Assembly (NCBI RefSeq): GCF_009914755.1
Contig: NC_060947.1
Source: the human T2T-CHM13v2.0 reference genome, Homo sapiens
Strand: one strand, 5' to 3'
Length of the DNA: 64,000 nucleotides
The notes under the pieces are model-generated. The model saw only the letters and a list, made by a program, of their open reading frames with translations. It was not told where the DNA came from and searched no databases. A program made the position numbers and the translations under genes. Below, piece by piece: positions 37,505 to 49,643 of the stretch (within the stretch, counting starts at the first letter, position 1; every line of letters starts with the position of its first letter).

Positions 37505-37545
37505 CAAGACTAATAGAGTATGCAAATAAAAGACCAAAGATCATG
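37505..37545 (-). promoter_or_regulatory. PFKFB1 liver promoter: overlapping octamer (Oct-1) and forkhead (HNF-3/FOXA) element
   Basis: ATGCAAAT at 37520-37527 overlapping GCAAATAAA, ~390 bp upstream of the liver ATG; resembles the composite site I recall from the rodent L promoter. Confidence 0.6.
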
Positions 37546-38639
37546 TGCTTACAGCCTGTGTGGGGTATAGAGGCAAAGGTGATGGAGGTAGGTCTCAGCG
37601 GCTTTCCCAGCTTTGAAATAAAAAAATGGGCCCAAGTAGAATGTCAAGCTCCAACCCAGAAACCAAGATTCACATCAGAAATGCAAGGTTCCCAAGGACA
37701 AAAACACAAACACAAAGTCCCTACTGGGGAATGCAGTGTTTTGAGCTGGCAATTAGAGGCCCAAACTGGACATGGAAGGTCCACTACTTCTCTGCTTCCC
37801 CGACCCAAAATGGCATTGCATCCCTTGTCTTCTCTGGATTCTGCTGCCTTCCTTGCCACAGGGCCTCTCCCACCTGAAATGTGCTGCCTGGAGCACTCTT
37901 GAAGAGATGGGCACTATCCGATCATCTTTCTACTCTCTCCAGCCAAGGGCTAAATAAATAGGAGTAAACTGACACCTTTGGAAGAGTGCAGCCATTGCCT
38001 GGGGCTGGAGGTGGGGGAATGGTAAGCTCTGCCCACATGGCTGTTAGCCACCATCAGATGCCCTAAGGAGAATGACACTGGCATCATGAACTGATAGAAA
38101 ATTTCACTAAAGTTCCTCATGCCAAGCTATTAGGATGGAGATTTAGGAGGGTGGAGGCTGCAGCAGGGAACAGAGAGCAATGGCCTCAAAGTAGGACAAG
38201 TCCATAGGCCAGAGTCATCCAGCCCAGATGACTCACTCTCACCTGCCCTCTCCCGCTCCCCTGACCCGTTGTTTTGAGGCTTTTATGTGTATAACTCATA
38301 GAACTGCACAGCTTGCCTCGAAGATGCACAAGTGTCCTCTTACTTCACTCTTTTGCAACCTTCCCACCCCCAATGAACCTCCAACGATTGGCTATGAAGA
38401 AGCTCAACTTTCTTCCACTGAGCTGGGCTACACAAGGGCAATCTCTTGGGGACAGAAATTTCCAATCCCTGCCCTCAAATGCTCTCAGTTCCACTTTGCC
38501 TTTTAAGAAGTTCCCTAAAATACATTTGCAAGCCGTAGTCTACACAAGGGTCAGATTCCCTCCAGTTGTTGTGTATAAATCATACCAAATTTTTAATACA
38601 TTCCAGAGCCCACCTATCTAAATGAATCAACTGAGATAG

Positions 38640-38840
38640 CAGATCATGATGGTTAAGAGCAATAGGCTCTGGAGCAATATTTCTTGAGTGGAATCCTACC
38701 TCTGCCCCTTGTTGGCTATGAGGCAATGAGCAGAAGACTAAACTTTTCAGTGCTTCAGTTTTCTTATCTGGAACATGGGAATGATAGGAGTACCTACCCT
38801 CCTTAGGACTGTTGAAGATTCAATGTGTTAAAAAATGTAA
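38640..38840 (+). mobile_element. MIR SINE
   Basis: atggttaagagc...ctctggagc...ttcagttttcttatctg core. Confidence 0.65.
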
Positions 38841-41531
38841 AGCAATCTGTGAAATGTTAAAAATATATTATCTAACACTGTTACTCCCTTTGGGAGGTAA
38901 ATGATCAGACACCTCCTTGACTAATCTGAAACTTCTAATATAATGCTGACCATACAGAAAACTCTCAGTTAAGGAAACTTACAATATTATGGGAAAGGGT
39001 TAACATTTATAATACACAAAGAGCTCCTGCAAATCAATTAGAAGGATGAATTTGGTTTTACTCTTTTGATTTTGTGTAAAGACTTGCAAGATCATTTCAT
39101 CTCACCCTCTCAGGTAAGAAAACTGAGGTCTAGAAATATTTTCCTAAGGTCATGTAGTAAATCAGTGGCCAAGTCAGGAATAGAACACTAGGGACCTAAT
39201 TTCTCCCAGGCCAGGGCTTTTCTTTAATTAATCAAACAAGCCTGATCTAAGAATGTGGTCTTACAGGTTAGCTCAGAACCTCTAGAGTCTCAGAACTAGA
39301 CTTTGTAAGAGATACAACTCTTTTAATTCTAATAAATTTCCTAACTGGTATAAATCTGTTAATATTAATAATCTTAATTATAACCCTTTCCCTGTATGTT
39401 TTCCATTGCCCACAAAGCAACAACATATTCCTTATCTTATTTGATCCTTGCAAACATCCTTGTTAGCCTTACAGGGAAACTGAGGTCTGGGGAGGGGAAG
39501 TGGCATGTTCAAGGTAATCTAGCTGGTCACATGAACATCTCTTTTATGTTTACAATTTTGTCCTCATGGCCCTGCCAACAGGCAGAAGGATAATTTTAGC
39601 AGCAGGAAATCTGAGATAAGAAGCTGGCAGGCTTTTGACAAAGTCTTAAAGGGTAAACCTGGGGTCCAGGCTTGAAAGCCTAACTTAAAATTGCCTGGAA
39701 TTAGCTATGAGATTCCTCACTACTGTTACCAATTCTGATCCCAGAAGCAGGAGACCAAAACAAGCTTTATGGAAAGACCTCAGCTTGGCACTCAAGACTT
39801 TTCAATCAAGCTTCAGCCTATCTGTCCAGCCATATCTCTCCTTAGATCATCCTTAAACTGCACTGGCTGACTCACTGGGCCCCAAAATACATGGTGTATT
39901 TTCCTGTTTTTTGGCCTTTGCTCAGCCTGAAATGCCATTTTCCTCCTTCTATTCCCAACAAAATCTGATCCACTTTTCAAGGTCTGGTTTGATGTTCACT
40001 TCCTCTGGGAAGTGACCCCTGTATCCTTGGGACAGGCCTTGTATTTGGTTCTTATATTGCCCACATGCTCCTATCTGAGCAAGTATCCACCAGTATTTTC
40101 CTGGTCTGCTTCCCCACTAGACTGTGAACTCCTTGAGTATGGAGACTAGATCTCAGTGATCTGTAATTTGTGTTTCCAGTGTCCAACTCAGGCCCTGGCA
40201 CAGAGGACAGAGAAGACACTTGCTTATTGTGTTTGTGCAGTCTACATCTCTCTGCCCTAGATGAGATGAACTTGTGGACAACTAATCCTAGTTCAACAAG
40301 GTAAATATTATAACAGAGAGCTGTGCAGGGAATTGGATGGGAGAACTAATTTGTCTGAGGTAGGAGGTGGCATCCAGAAAGGTTTCTCTACCTTGAATGG
40401 GACAGAAACAGATAAAAGAATGAAGTCCTCTCTGAAAAGGGCCAATGAACTCGTGGCAGAGAAAGGGTTCAGTCAGTACCAGATTCTCATTCAAGATCAA
40501 GCTCTGACCTGCAGCTCTTGGTCTAAAATTCTAAAATGGGGCTATCTCTAGGGAAGAAAAGATTACAATGTGATTTCCCAAGGCCCCCAGATCCTGACCC
40601 CATACCCCTCCCAAAGTATAGGGCATGTGTATCGGGGGAGAATACCATGTAAAGCAGCATATGACAGTGCTGATGGATAATAAAGTCACGAATGGGGTCT
40701 CCCTATTGGTAGCTCTCAGACTGTTTGGGTATGAATGCATTTGTGGAGAGTGAAGGTGTGAGGGGAGATCGACCACACACTTACAAGCTAGGTGCATGTA
40801 TATGAGTGTCAGGCCTTCTGTGACAGCAGCCTAGGATCCCCTTCCTTCTCACCCACTGTCCTGGCCCACCATCTCTCCACTATTTTCGGCCTCATGCCTG
40901 GGCCCCAAACCTCACTGAATCCTAGTCATGGAAGTGGCTCTCCACAGACTATAGTCGCACAGCAGCTGGAGGGTTTTGGGTGGGATTGCTTGTGGAGCCT
41001 ATAGAAAAAGCAAGATGACTACTCTTAGAGCGAGGAAGTCCTGAAATGTCTCCAAAGAGCTTTGGTTTCTGCCTTTCCACTCTTCTTGATCGTGACAGCC
41101 CTCTGAGGAACGTTGGCTAGAGACTTTGATTTCCATTTTACTGAGGAAGCTACTGATGCCCAGAGAAGCAAGAGAGCTTGTTCAAAGCGCCACAGCAAAT
41201 CAACCCTACTTTACACATCAGTGGGGAGGTAAGAGCTATAATCTCAATCACTCAGTTCATTCAAAACCAGACTTGACCAAGTTAGAGAGACTTTCACAGG
41301 TGCTAGTGAATTGCCCTGGGGGCCAGTGTCCCATAAAGGCCAGAATGGACTTTTAAAAATATACAGACAGATAAATAGGTTACATATAGATATAATCTTT
41401 TCCCCCACTTTCCCATGCCCTTTAATGCACACGACAACCAACCATCTATGCAAAGAAAACTTTCCAGAGGGCCTGAAGAATGGATGTGGATTTGTGCAAC
41501 TCCTGCCTACTTTCCCTTCTTTCTCACCTAC

Positions 41532-41559
41532 CTTTTATTCTAGAGGTTTTTTCTTCCAT
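41532..41559 (-). CDS. PFKFB1: PFKFB1 muscle-type alternative first coding exon (MEEKTSRIK+G)
   Basis: gcgATGg start, 28 nt to a gtaggt donor; phase 1 compatible with exon 2; resembles the known M-isoform N-terminus. Confidence 0.85.
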
Positions 41560-43029
41560 CGCTAATTATCCAACACTCGGTTCTCTTGCATTTACAGACC
41601 CCCAAGGCAGGTCCAGTGGGTGGCATCAAAGAGGAAGCCTGGAGGTGTTCGTTGGTTCCCTGAGAAGGCTGAGGACGTACCCTTGTTAAGTGGGGGATGT
41701 ATGTGCTCTGTTGAAATATCAGCTGTTGTAGTTGCCAAAGACGTTCCTGAGCCACCAGAAGCCTTTTCTCTTCAGTCCAACCATGTGTTCACCTTGCCCC
41801 AAAGGTCAGAACTAATATTAACAAGCCACTGCAGAATGGGGAAATTAAAACCAGCCATGGAGACAGGCAAGTTCTGGATTTCGCTGGTGCTGAGTTTCAG
41901 ATCGATCTTCAGTGTAAATGGGCATAATCCCTTACTGGAAAGCAATCTGGCAATATGAAGCAAGAGCAATAAAAATGTTCATTTCCTTTGTCCTAGTTAT
42001 CGCACTCATGGGAGTCAATCCTGAGTCAATAACTCCCAAAGCATGAAGAAGCTCAGGACATGCAAATTTTTATTTTAATCACAGAGCTATTTTCTGATAG
42101 CAACAACTGGTAACCTTTTAAGTCCTCCAGGAGGAAAAGCAGTTTACTGCGTCTTTGCTGTAACCATTGAGGATGATGGCTCTAAGACTTAAATTCTGGG
42201 GAACAAATAATTATGCTGCAATTCTGGGTGAGGAACCTAAAGATGCATCGTTATGCTTTTCCCTGGACATTGGGCATATCCATTACTTCTAATTTTTGTG
42301 CTCTCAAAAACAAGCCATGAACCTGTCGATGCTCTTGCTATTATCCTTTGTTCATTCATTCACCTGACAAATATCTATTGCTTCCCAACATATGCTGTGT
42401 CCAGTATTAGGGGATGGGGCTAACAAGATGAACCAGACATGGTCATTGCTCTCAAGTTGCTGGCATTCTAATGGCAGCAGAAATAGAAGTCAATGATAGC
42501 TGTGTATTATAAGTACTGTGACAGAATGGACCATAGGGTGCCGTGGGGCCCCAGAGGAAAAGACTTAACTGGGGAGGTGTGTGGTCAGTAAAAACACTCA
42601 GAAAAGTAATTATTGAGCTAATTAAGACAGGGTGTGAATCCTGGCTCTACTACTTCAGTGTAAGAGAGAGTGAACTGTGAGAATGAAATGAATTCATTCG
42701 ACGTCTCTAACTTAGCCTCCATGTCCCGAACTGGGTTGTCTTGAGAATGAAATGAGATAACATATACAGAAGAGCCATGGATGCATCCGGAGACAATGCT
42801 GCTCACGAGCTTACATTTCCTGGGCTTCGATTTCACTTATCTGAGAAACAGAACCAAGAGTAAGGATGTGTCCGGCTACATCCTTCAGAATGTTAAGAGC
42901 CAAGACAAAAGCTACAGGGCAGGCTTGAGACAGCCTCCTCCTCCTCCCCTCTGCCCCAATAAAGCCAAAGGCCCTCCTCCTAAGTCTTATCTCAGTGGAG
43001 CGACTCTTACTGCTCCCTCCTCCAACCAT

Positions 43030-43730
43030 GAACTTCCCTTTGCCCAGTCCAACGCGAGCACTTAGCGCCAGCTATTCCTGGGGCGCAAGCGCTGCAGCCA
43101 TCTGTGAACTTAGGTGGGCGGTCCGCCGCACTGAGGGCGGGGCTTTGGCAGCTGAGCAGTTCCGCTCAGGGTTCCGTCGCTTAAAAAGTGGCAAAATGCC
43201 GTTTGTAAGTAACCGGACGCACCACTTGGACTTCTGAGTAGAGGAAAAACGCATTGAGACTCAGCTGTCCGAGCGGAAGGAGCGGGAGCCCAACTGGAAA
43301 CTCCTCTCGCCATTCATTGCCCCTAGGCTTCCGCTTTGCTTCCTTCAGCGTCCACCCAGTTCCTCCTCCCGCCAATGAGAGCTGAGGAAGTTGAAGCCCC
43401 CGCCCGACGTGCGTCAGGCGCTTTAGTGGTACGCACGAGAACGCCTGCGCAAACGCGCGCGGGAGGCGGGCCTGGCCAACTTCTGAACAGGAAGCAGTTC
43501 GCTCGCGCCTAGGTTGGCGCGGGCTGGGAGGTGTTCCAGCCCTTTAAGATGTTGCGCGTGGTGAGCTGGAACATCAATGGGATTCGGAGACCCCTGCAAG
43601 GGGTGGCAAATCAGGAACCCAGCAACTGTGCCGCCGTGGCCGTGGGGCGCATTTTGGACGAGCTGGATGCGGATATCGTCTGTCTCCAGGAAACCAAAGT
43701 GACCAGTGAGCGCTCTGGATTCCAGGATCC
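43030..43730. promoter_or_regulatory. CpG island and APEX2 promoter, head-to-head with upstream PFKFB1 promoters
   Basis: Dense CpG; CCAAT 43372-43376, GC box 43398-43405, NRF1-like ACGCCTGCGC 43441-43450, ETS-like CAGGAAG ~43488, E2F-like TTGGCGCGG ~43514. Confidence 0.8.
43549..43705 (+). CDS. APEX2: APEX2 exon 1, AP endonuclease 2 (MLRVVSWNINGIRR...CLQETKVT)
   Basis: ATG at 43549; ExoIII-family SWNING and LQETK motifs; gtgag donor; 157 bp. Confidence 0.97.
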
Positions 43731-43849
43731 CTACATACTTTTTCTTTCCCGCTAACTTTTGTCCCCTGTCCCATGTAATTTTACTTTCCCAGTTTCCTAT
43801 TCTTAGAGTCCTGTCCTTAGACCCAGGTCCCTTCCCTCTTAAACTTCCA

Positions 43850-44500
43850 TTTCCCACCCTAGCTAGATCCCCTAATTGCACTCCATCTCCTGTCTTCAGC
43901 AAACTTTAGCTCCTTCTCGAAACCCCATATCTAGTCAGATTCCCACTCATTCTCCGGCCCCAAACTCAGTCCCCTGAATTTCCTCCTTCCATACGCTGTC
44001 CATCTCCCCGCCGCCAAGTCAAACCCCCGAATTCTTCATCCCTGCCCCAAGCTCAGATCCTCTAATTCCCACCCCATCTTTGACCCCAGCTCAGTCTAAT
44101 TTCCTCTTTTTCACATTTCCACCTCAGAACCCCAGTACCCCTTATCTATTCCCATCTCTCCTCCCAGCGGAAAGTCCCTAATTCCCACCTCATTTCCCAC
44201 CCCAAGCTTAGATGTCCTCTTATTTCTTCACCCTCTTATCTCCCCTCAGAATCCCCTAATTCCTTTTCCCTCCACCCCCAGTTCAGATCCCCTAATTCCC
44301 TCTCTCTTACCTCTCACCCTTAGCTCAGATTCCCACCATCCTCTCGTATGTCCATCCCCATCCCCAGCTTCCTCCTATCGTTCAGACCCCCAGGCTTAGC
44401 TCTGATTCTTTCCCCTTCCCACCTAATTCTCCACCTCCACTTCATAGTCTCTAACCGCCCCCCACCAAGCCTTCTAATTCTGATATCAATTTCCTCTCTG
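43850..44500. repeat. Degenerate C/T-rich repeat in APEX2 intron 1
   Basis: Recurrent motif resembling CCCCAAGCTCAGATCCCCTAATTCCCACC. Confidence 0.6.
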
Positions 44501-44671
44501 ACATTTCCCATCTTTCTAGGTCCTCCTCTAATCATGGATATTTCATTCCCGTCACCCCCAACTCTGGCTCTGATGTGTGCAAGGAATTAGCCTACAACTG
44601 TAATTCCAGGCCTTTGTGTTTCTCGGATGCTAGTTTTACCTCTGACTTAATCTTACATTTTTTTTTTCCAG

Positions 44672-44755
44672 GGGATGCACTGACAGAGCCCCTGGCTATC
44701 GTTGAGGGTTATAACTCCTATTTCAGCTTCAGCCGCAACCGTAGCGGCTATTCTG
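44672..44755 (+). CDS. APEX2: APEX2 exon 2 (DALTEPLAIVEGYNSYFSFSRNRSGYS)
   Basis: 84 bp, poly-T ccag/gtaaat boundaries; GYSG motif. Confidence 0.96.
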
Positions 44756-44944
44756 GTAAATGGGGCTTTCTGTGGACTTTAAATTAGTGAGGGAGGCAGA
44801 TAGGGGAAAAGGGTTTCCAATATTTGATGAGAGGGTAATAAGAAATCTTAGACATTTAGTTTACAGAGCTAAAGCTGCATAATAGTAAATTACATGAAAT
44901 ATAATTTTTATGGATAGAATTATCCTACTGGACCTCAGAAGTAC

Positions 44945-45140
44945 AGTAGTAGTGTGGTGCTTAATTGTGTGAACTGTGGAGCCAGACAGCCTGGGTTTGA
45001 ATCATGGCTCATTTCCTAGCTGTGCACCCTCTGGCAAGTTACATTACCTCTTGGTGCCTCAGGTTCCTCAGCTAGAAAATGAGGATAATGTTTACCTTCC
45101 GGGGCTGTTACAAGGATTAAATGAATTAATCCATGTGATA
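44945..45140 (+). mobile_element. MIR SINE
   Basis: ggagccagacagcctgggtttgaatc...ggcaagttac core. Confidence 0.75.
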
Positions 45141-45376
45141 ATAATAATTGCTAATACGTCTTGAGCACTCACCATGTATCAATGTAAAACACTTAGAACA
45201 TTCTGTGGCTTTTTTAGATGTAGGAACTGAGACTCCAGGGTTTGAATAAGGTTGCCCAAGAACCACACTTTATGAAGATGACTTAGATGACTTGTGTGGG
45301 GACAATTGGAGTGGGACAGGCTGTGCAACAGGCTATTGACTGCCAGGTCTGCTCAGAGTGCCCTGTCTGTTCCCAG

Positions 45377-45557
45377 GTGTAGCCACCTTCTGTAAGGACA
45401 ATGCTACCCCAGTGGCTGCTGAAGAAGGCCTGAGTGGCCTGTTTGCCACCCAGAATGGGGATGTTGGTTGCTATGGAAACATGGATGAGTTTACCCAAGA
45501 GGAACTCCGGGCTCTGGATAGTGAGGGCAGGGCCCTCCTCACACAGCATAAGATCCG
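45377..45557 (+). CDS. APEX2: APEX2 exon 3 (VATFCKDNATP...DSEGRALLTQHKIR)
   Basis: 181 bp, cccag/gtaata boundaries; DSEGR motif. Confidence 0.96.
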
Positions 45558-46087
45558 GTAATAGCTCATATCTCCCTGCTACTGAGCACTGCTGGTGCTA
45601 CTCTTTGAGTGTGAAGATTCTAAGGCTTGCCATGTAAACATACATGCACCGTGGAGAAGTTCCCAAATTTGCCTTTCCTGGTTTAGTCCTGGCTGGGCTA
45701 CTCAGTGTGTGACCCTGGCAAATTTTTCCCCCCTCTGAAGCTTGAGTTTCCATCTCTACAATGTGGGGCTGGCCTAGTGATCCAGCTCTTATTACCATAG
45801 ACATCTCAAAAGCAACTTAGTGCTGAACTCAGTGCCCCAGGTTGCTGTCTTTCTGGGTGTTCTGTGTGAATAGCAGCACCATTACCTGGTGGTAATCCTT
45901 AGATATCCCTCTCCCTGCCTTATCAGTAGTCAGTCCCCAAGTCCTGTGCATGCCAGATCATTTGTGTCTCTTTAACCCCTTTCTTTTCCATCCCAGACAG
46001 TCACAAAATGGAAGCCATGTGGTATGGGGAAGGGACAGAAGGGGAGGTTTGAAACTGACCCCTTTTGGGGGTTTCTCTTTTCTCCAG

Positions 46088-46234
46088 CACATGGGAAGGT
46101 AAGGAGAAGACCTTGACCCTAATCAACGTGTACTGCCCCCATGCGGACCCTGGGAGGCCTGAGCGGCTAGTCTTTAAGATGCGCTTCTATCGTTTGCTGC
46201 AAATCCGAGCAGAAGCCCTCCTGGCGGCAGGCAG
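46088..46234 (+). CDS. APEX2: APEX2 exon 4 (TWEGKEKTLTLINVYCP...LLAAG)
   Basis: 147 bp, tccag/gtactg boundaries; NVYCP motif. Confidence 0.96.
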
Positions 46235-46924
46235 GTACTGCAAGCCTGGGCAGTAAGGCTTCCTTGAGTTGGTCCTGGGTGCCCAGCCCTGTGTCAAGCT
46301 CCATTGAAAGGGATATGGACCCTTTGTCTCTGAGTTCTTTCACAGCATAGTTGCAAACACCAATATGCCCACCTGAATAGGCTCTGCTCAAAACAAACAT
46401 GGGTTTTGTACTCTGAGCACCTATTCAGGCTCCTGCTCTTACTCATTGTGAGCCCTAGGGCTAGTCTTGCCTCTGTTTTCTCTTTTGTCAAATGAATATA
46501 TGAATCTCTACCCTACACAATAGTTTTAAGGGTAAAATGAGATGAGAATGGTAAAGTGCGTGGGAGCAAAGGAAAGTCTTGTTCCAGCGGAGGACAGGAA
46601 AGTGAGGGTGGGTTAGAGCAATCAAGGGGAGGTGGTATCTGAGCTCAGCTTTGAAGGACAAGAAAAATGCCCATTGGCTCCTGATTAGTGAGGCAGTCAT
46701 GTCAAACATGGAACACTGTCACCTTTGGAGATCAGAATTGGGTTGGTCAGATATGAAAGGCAGCAAGTTTGTGGTAAGATTGGAGAGGTAGGCTGTTATG
46801 AGTTGCTGTTGGCTAGGAAGCCTCAATATGGGAGAGGGCCTGTCTGAGCTCTTGGGCCCAGGAAAAAGTATATGGGCCAGGACTGCTGCACCCCTTTCTA
46901 ACAATCCCACATTGTGTTTTTCAG

Positions 46925-46994
46925 CCATGTGATCATTCTGGGTGACCTGAATACAGCCCACCGCCCCATTGACCACTGGGATGCAGTCAACCTG
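46925..46994 (+). CDS. APEX2: APEX2 exon 5 (HVIILGDLNTAHRPIDHWDAVNL)
   Basis: 70 bp, tttcag/gtaagg boundaries; catalytic GDLN motif. Confidence 0.96.
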
Positions 46995-47904
46995 GTAAGG
47001 CTCCCTCTAGGTGCCTGGCCCCACTCCTGACTGATTCTGTTTGTCCAGCCAACCAACCCTGAGTTTTTGGCCCAGGGACAGCTTCCTTTATGGGAAAGCG
47101 GAGCTTGGCTTGCAATACTATTCTTATAGTACTGAGGATTGGTCATTCATTCAATAGACAATACTGACTCTGCCCATGGCCTGGCCCTGAGCCACATACT
47201 GAGGACTCAGGAGTCAGATCCAGCCCTTGGCTCCTAGGAGCTCTCCAGCATGGTGGTGGGCTACAGACACATGGCTAGCCAATTATAGGATGGTATTCTC
47301 AGGGCAGAGGCACAGATGGCATCCCAGAAAGCTACAGGAGCTCAGAGATGGGATTCCTAGGTGAGCTCGGACATCAGGACAGGCAGCTGAAAATGGCTGA
47401 ATCTTAACAGATGAGTAGAACAGAGCTTTGAAGTAGAAAGCATTCTAGCATGGGCAAAGGTTTCAAGGTGAGAATTTGCATTGTGTGCATGGGGAACCAC
47501 AAGTCCCTTTCTTCTTAGTGACACAGGAAGGGAGGTGAGTGGCAGAAGGTGGGGCTGGAGAGTTGTTGGGGGTCAGATTTCAAGGACTGTGAATTCCACA
47601 TTGCCTTGGTCATTTCCTTAATACACTGTATTTCTTGTTTATGAACTTTCAGTACCTCCCTGTTACCTCTGTGATGCAGAGAAAACATGGAGACCTAGCA
47701 TTCAAGGCTCTCCTTGGTCTGTGACCTGTCTCTTATTTCCACCTTCAGTGTCCCTACACATTTTGTCCTCTCTAGACAGGTTGTCTCCTGTCGGCCCGTT
47801 GTAAAAGTTATTCTCATTCTGGCTTTTCTCACTGTGCCCTGAATTGGTGGACATGACCCCCTCCCTGTCTTTTTGTTATATGAACCTCTTATCTCTAAGT
47901 TCCC

Positions 47905-48080
47905 CTAGGCCCATGGTTTTCAGCCCCTAACTGCATATTAGAACAAAAATATCAATATCTTAGCACTACTCCAGATCAATGAACTCAGAACTCTCGAGTG
48001 TGGGGCCAGGGTAGTGGCACGTTCTAAAAGCCCCCAGTGTGACTTTATTGTGCAGCCAGGCTTGAGAACCACTGCCCTAG
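47905..48080. mobile_element. MER5-like hAT DNA transposon remnant
   Basis: tgtgcagccaggcttgagaaccactg end motif. Confidence 0.6.
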
Positions 48081-49643
48081 AATCCACAAGCCAGCTCTCA
48101 TCTTTTCTTGCCTTATGTCTCACGATGGGGGATCAGTGATTTATGCTGGTACAGTCCTACTCAGCACTGGGCTTGGCTTAGAGAAGGGACCGTGGGAATA
48201 TTCCTTGATTAATTCACAGAAGAGCTACATAAATGTAGATATGGCTCCCAGCTGGGAAAATGAGCAGAAGTGAGAGAATGAGAGAATGGTGGTGGTGGTG
48301 TGGTGGGGAGCGGAGATAATGCTACAAAGTGTGAGCCTTCAGTCCCTCCCTGCCTCATTCCTCTTATGCATTCATTCAGTGTGTTCTTTCAGATTCCTGT
48401 GATAGCATCATACATCTTTGTGCCTTTTCTACTTAGTTCAGAGGTATCCTAGATCTCTTATGTATACCTCTTTCATTTTCTCCTCCAGGAAAAGAGAACT
48501 AATAGTGCCAGCTCAGATGACTTACACAGTCTTTCCAAAATAGCAGAACATACCCACTTTCTACCAGGCTTGCTCTTTTAGTCTTGTCATTTCTGTAAAT
48601 GGCACCATCATCCCCTTGATTGCTTCAACTTAAAGCCTGGGAATTGTGCTAGTATTGTCTTTCTTTCTTACTCCACTTCCCACATTCAGTTAGTCAGCAA
48701 GTACTGTTGATTCTAGCTACAAATCATCTCATAATTTCATGTTTCTGTCTCCTCTGGCACCCACCCTAGTCCAAGTGACCATCATCTTGCTTGTGTGACT
48801 ATGGCAGCCATTTCCTGCTGGTATTCTGGTCTCCAGTCTGGTCTTTCCTCAAGTCTTTTGGGTACGCAGCACACTCCCTCCACAGGCCCAGCACAGAGAC
48901 TGTTCTTAAAGTTAGGAGCACCCTCCACCTAGGTTACTCTTACTCAGCCCCCACACCTCAGCTCCAGATCACTTCTCGAAAGGAAGCCTCCTTGGTCCCC
49001 AGGAGTAGATCAGGTTCCTACTTTGTCCCTGGCATCATGCATGGCACATAATAGGTATTCCATGAACATTTCTTGCATTGAATGAGTGGGTGGGTAGGTG
49101 GATTGAATGGATGGACTGATGGATGATGGATTGGGGATCAGAGCCTAAGGAAGTATTCAGACCTGGATCCTTGCAGGTCCTCAGCTCAGGAGGTAGGAAT
49201 GGTCATTGAGGGCTTTGACACACTAGATAAACCAAATAGTGCCAGAGGGTTTAAAGGAAGAAGCTGACAGTCTTCCTAACTCTTAACCCCAGCCCTGCTT
49301 CCTAGAGGCAAACACTTTTAACTTCCTGTTTTCCATCCTTTTGAAAAGCAGTTCCAGGAATTGCTTTGAGTAAGCAAACTTTCAGATTTGCCATTGACGG
49401 ACCAATGCAAGACAAATGCAAGCTCGTGCAGAGGGAAAAACAAGCATGGTCTTTTAAATCAGTAAGGATGAAAATCAGAATCCCAGCTCTGCCAATTCCG
49501 GACTGTGTGACCTTGAGCAGTAGTCCTCTTGGGACAACCAAATTTTCTTATTTGCAAAATGCAGCAGTTAGTCTAAGTCCCTTCCAGTTCTAGGTATCTA
49601 GTTCTGTCTCTCTCTCTTCCAACCCCCTTTCCTCCTCACCTAG

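Noticed and set aside
37417-37902. 161-aa plus-strand ORF upstream of the PFKFB1 liver exon
   Set aside because: GTG start, no recognisable domain, overlaps promoter elements; likely chance
43423-43902. 159-aa ORF antisense to APEX2 exon 1
   Set aside because: GC-rich antisense shadow of a real exon; no motif
43850-44500. Interstitial telomeric array or CRISPR-like array
   Set aside because: CCCTAA hexamers are isolated, not tandem; units are degenerate and irregularly spaced; eukaryotic intron with no cas genes
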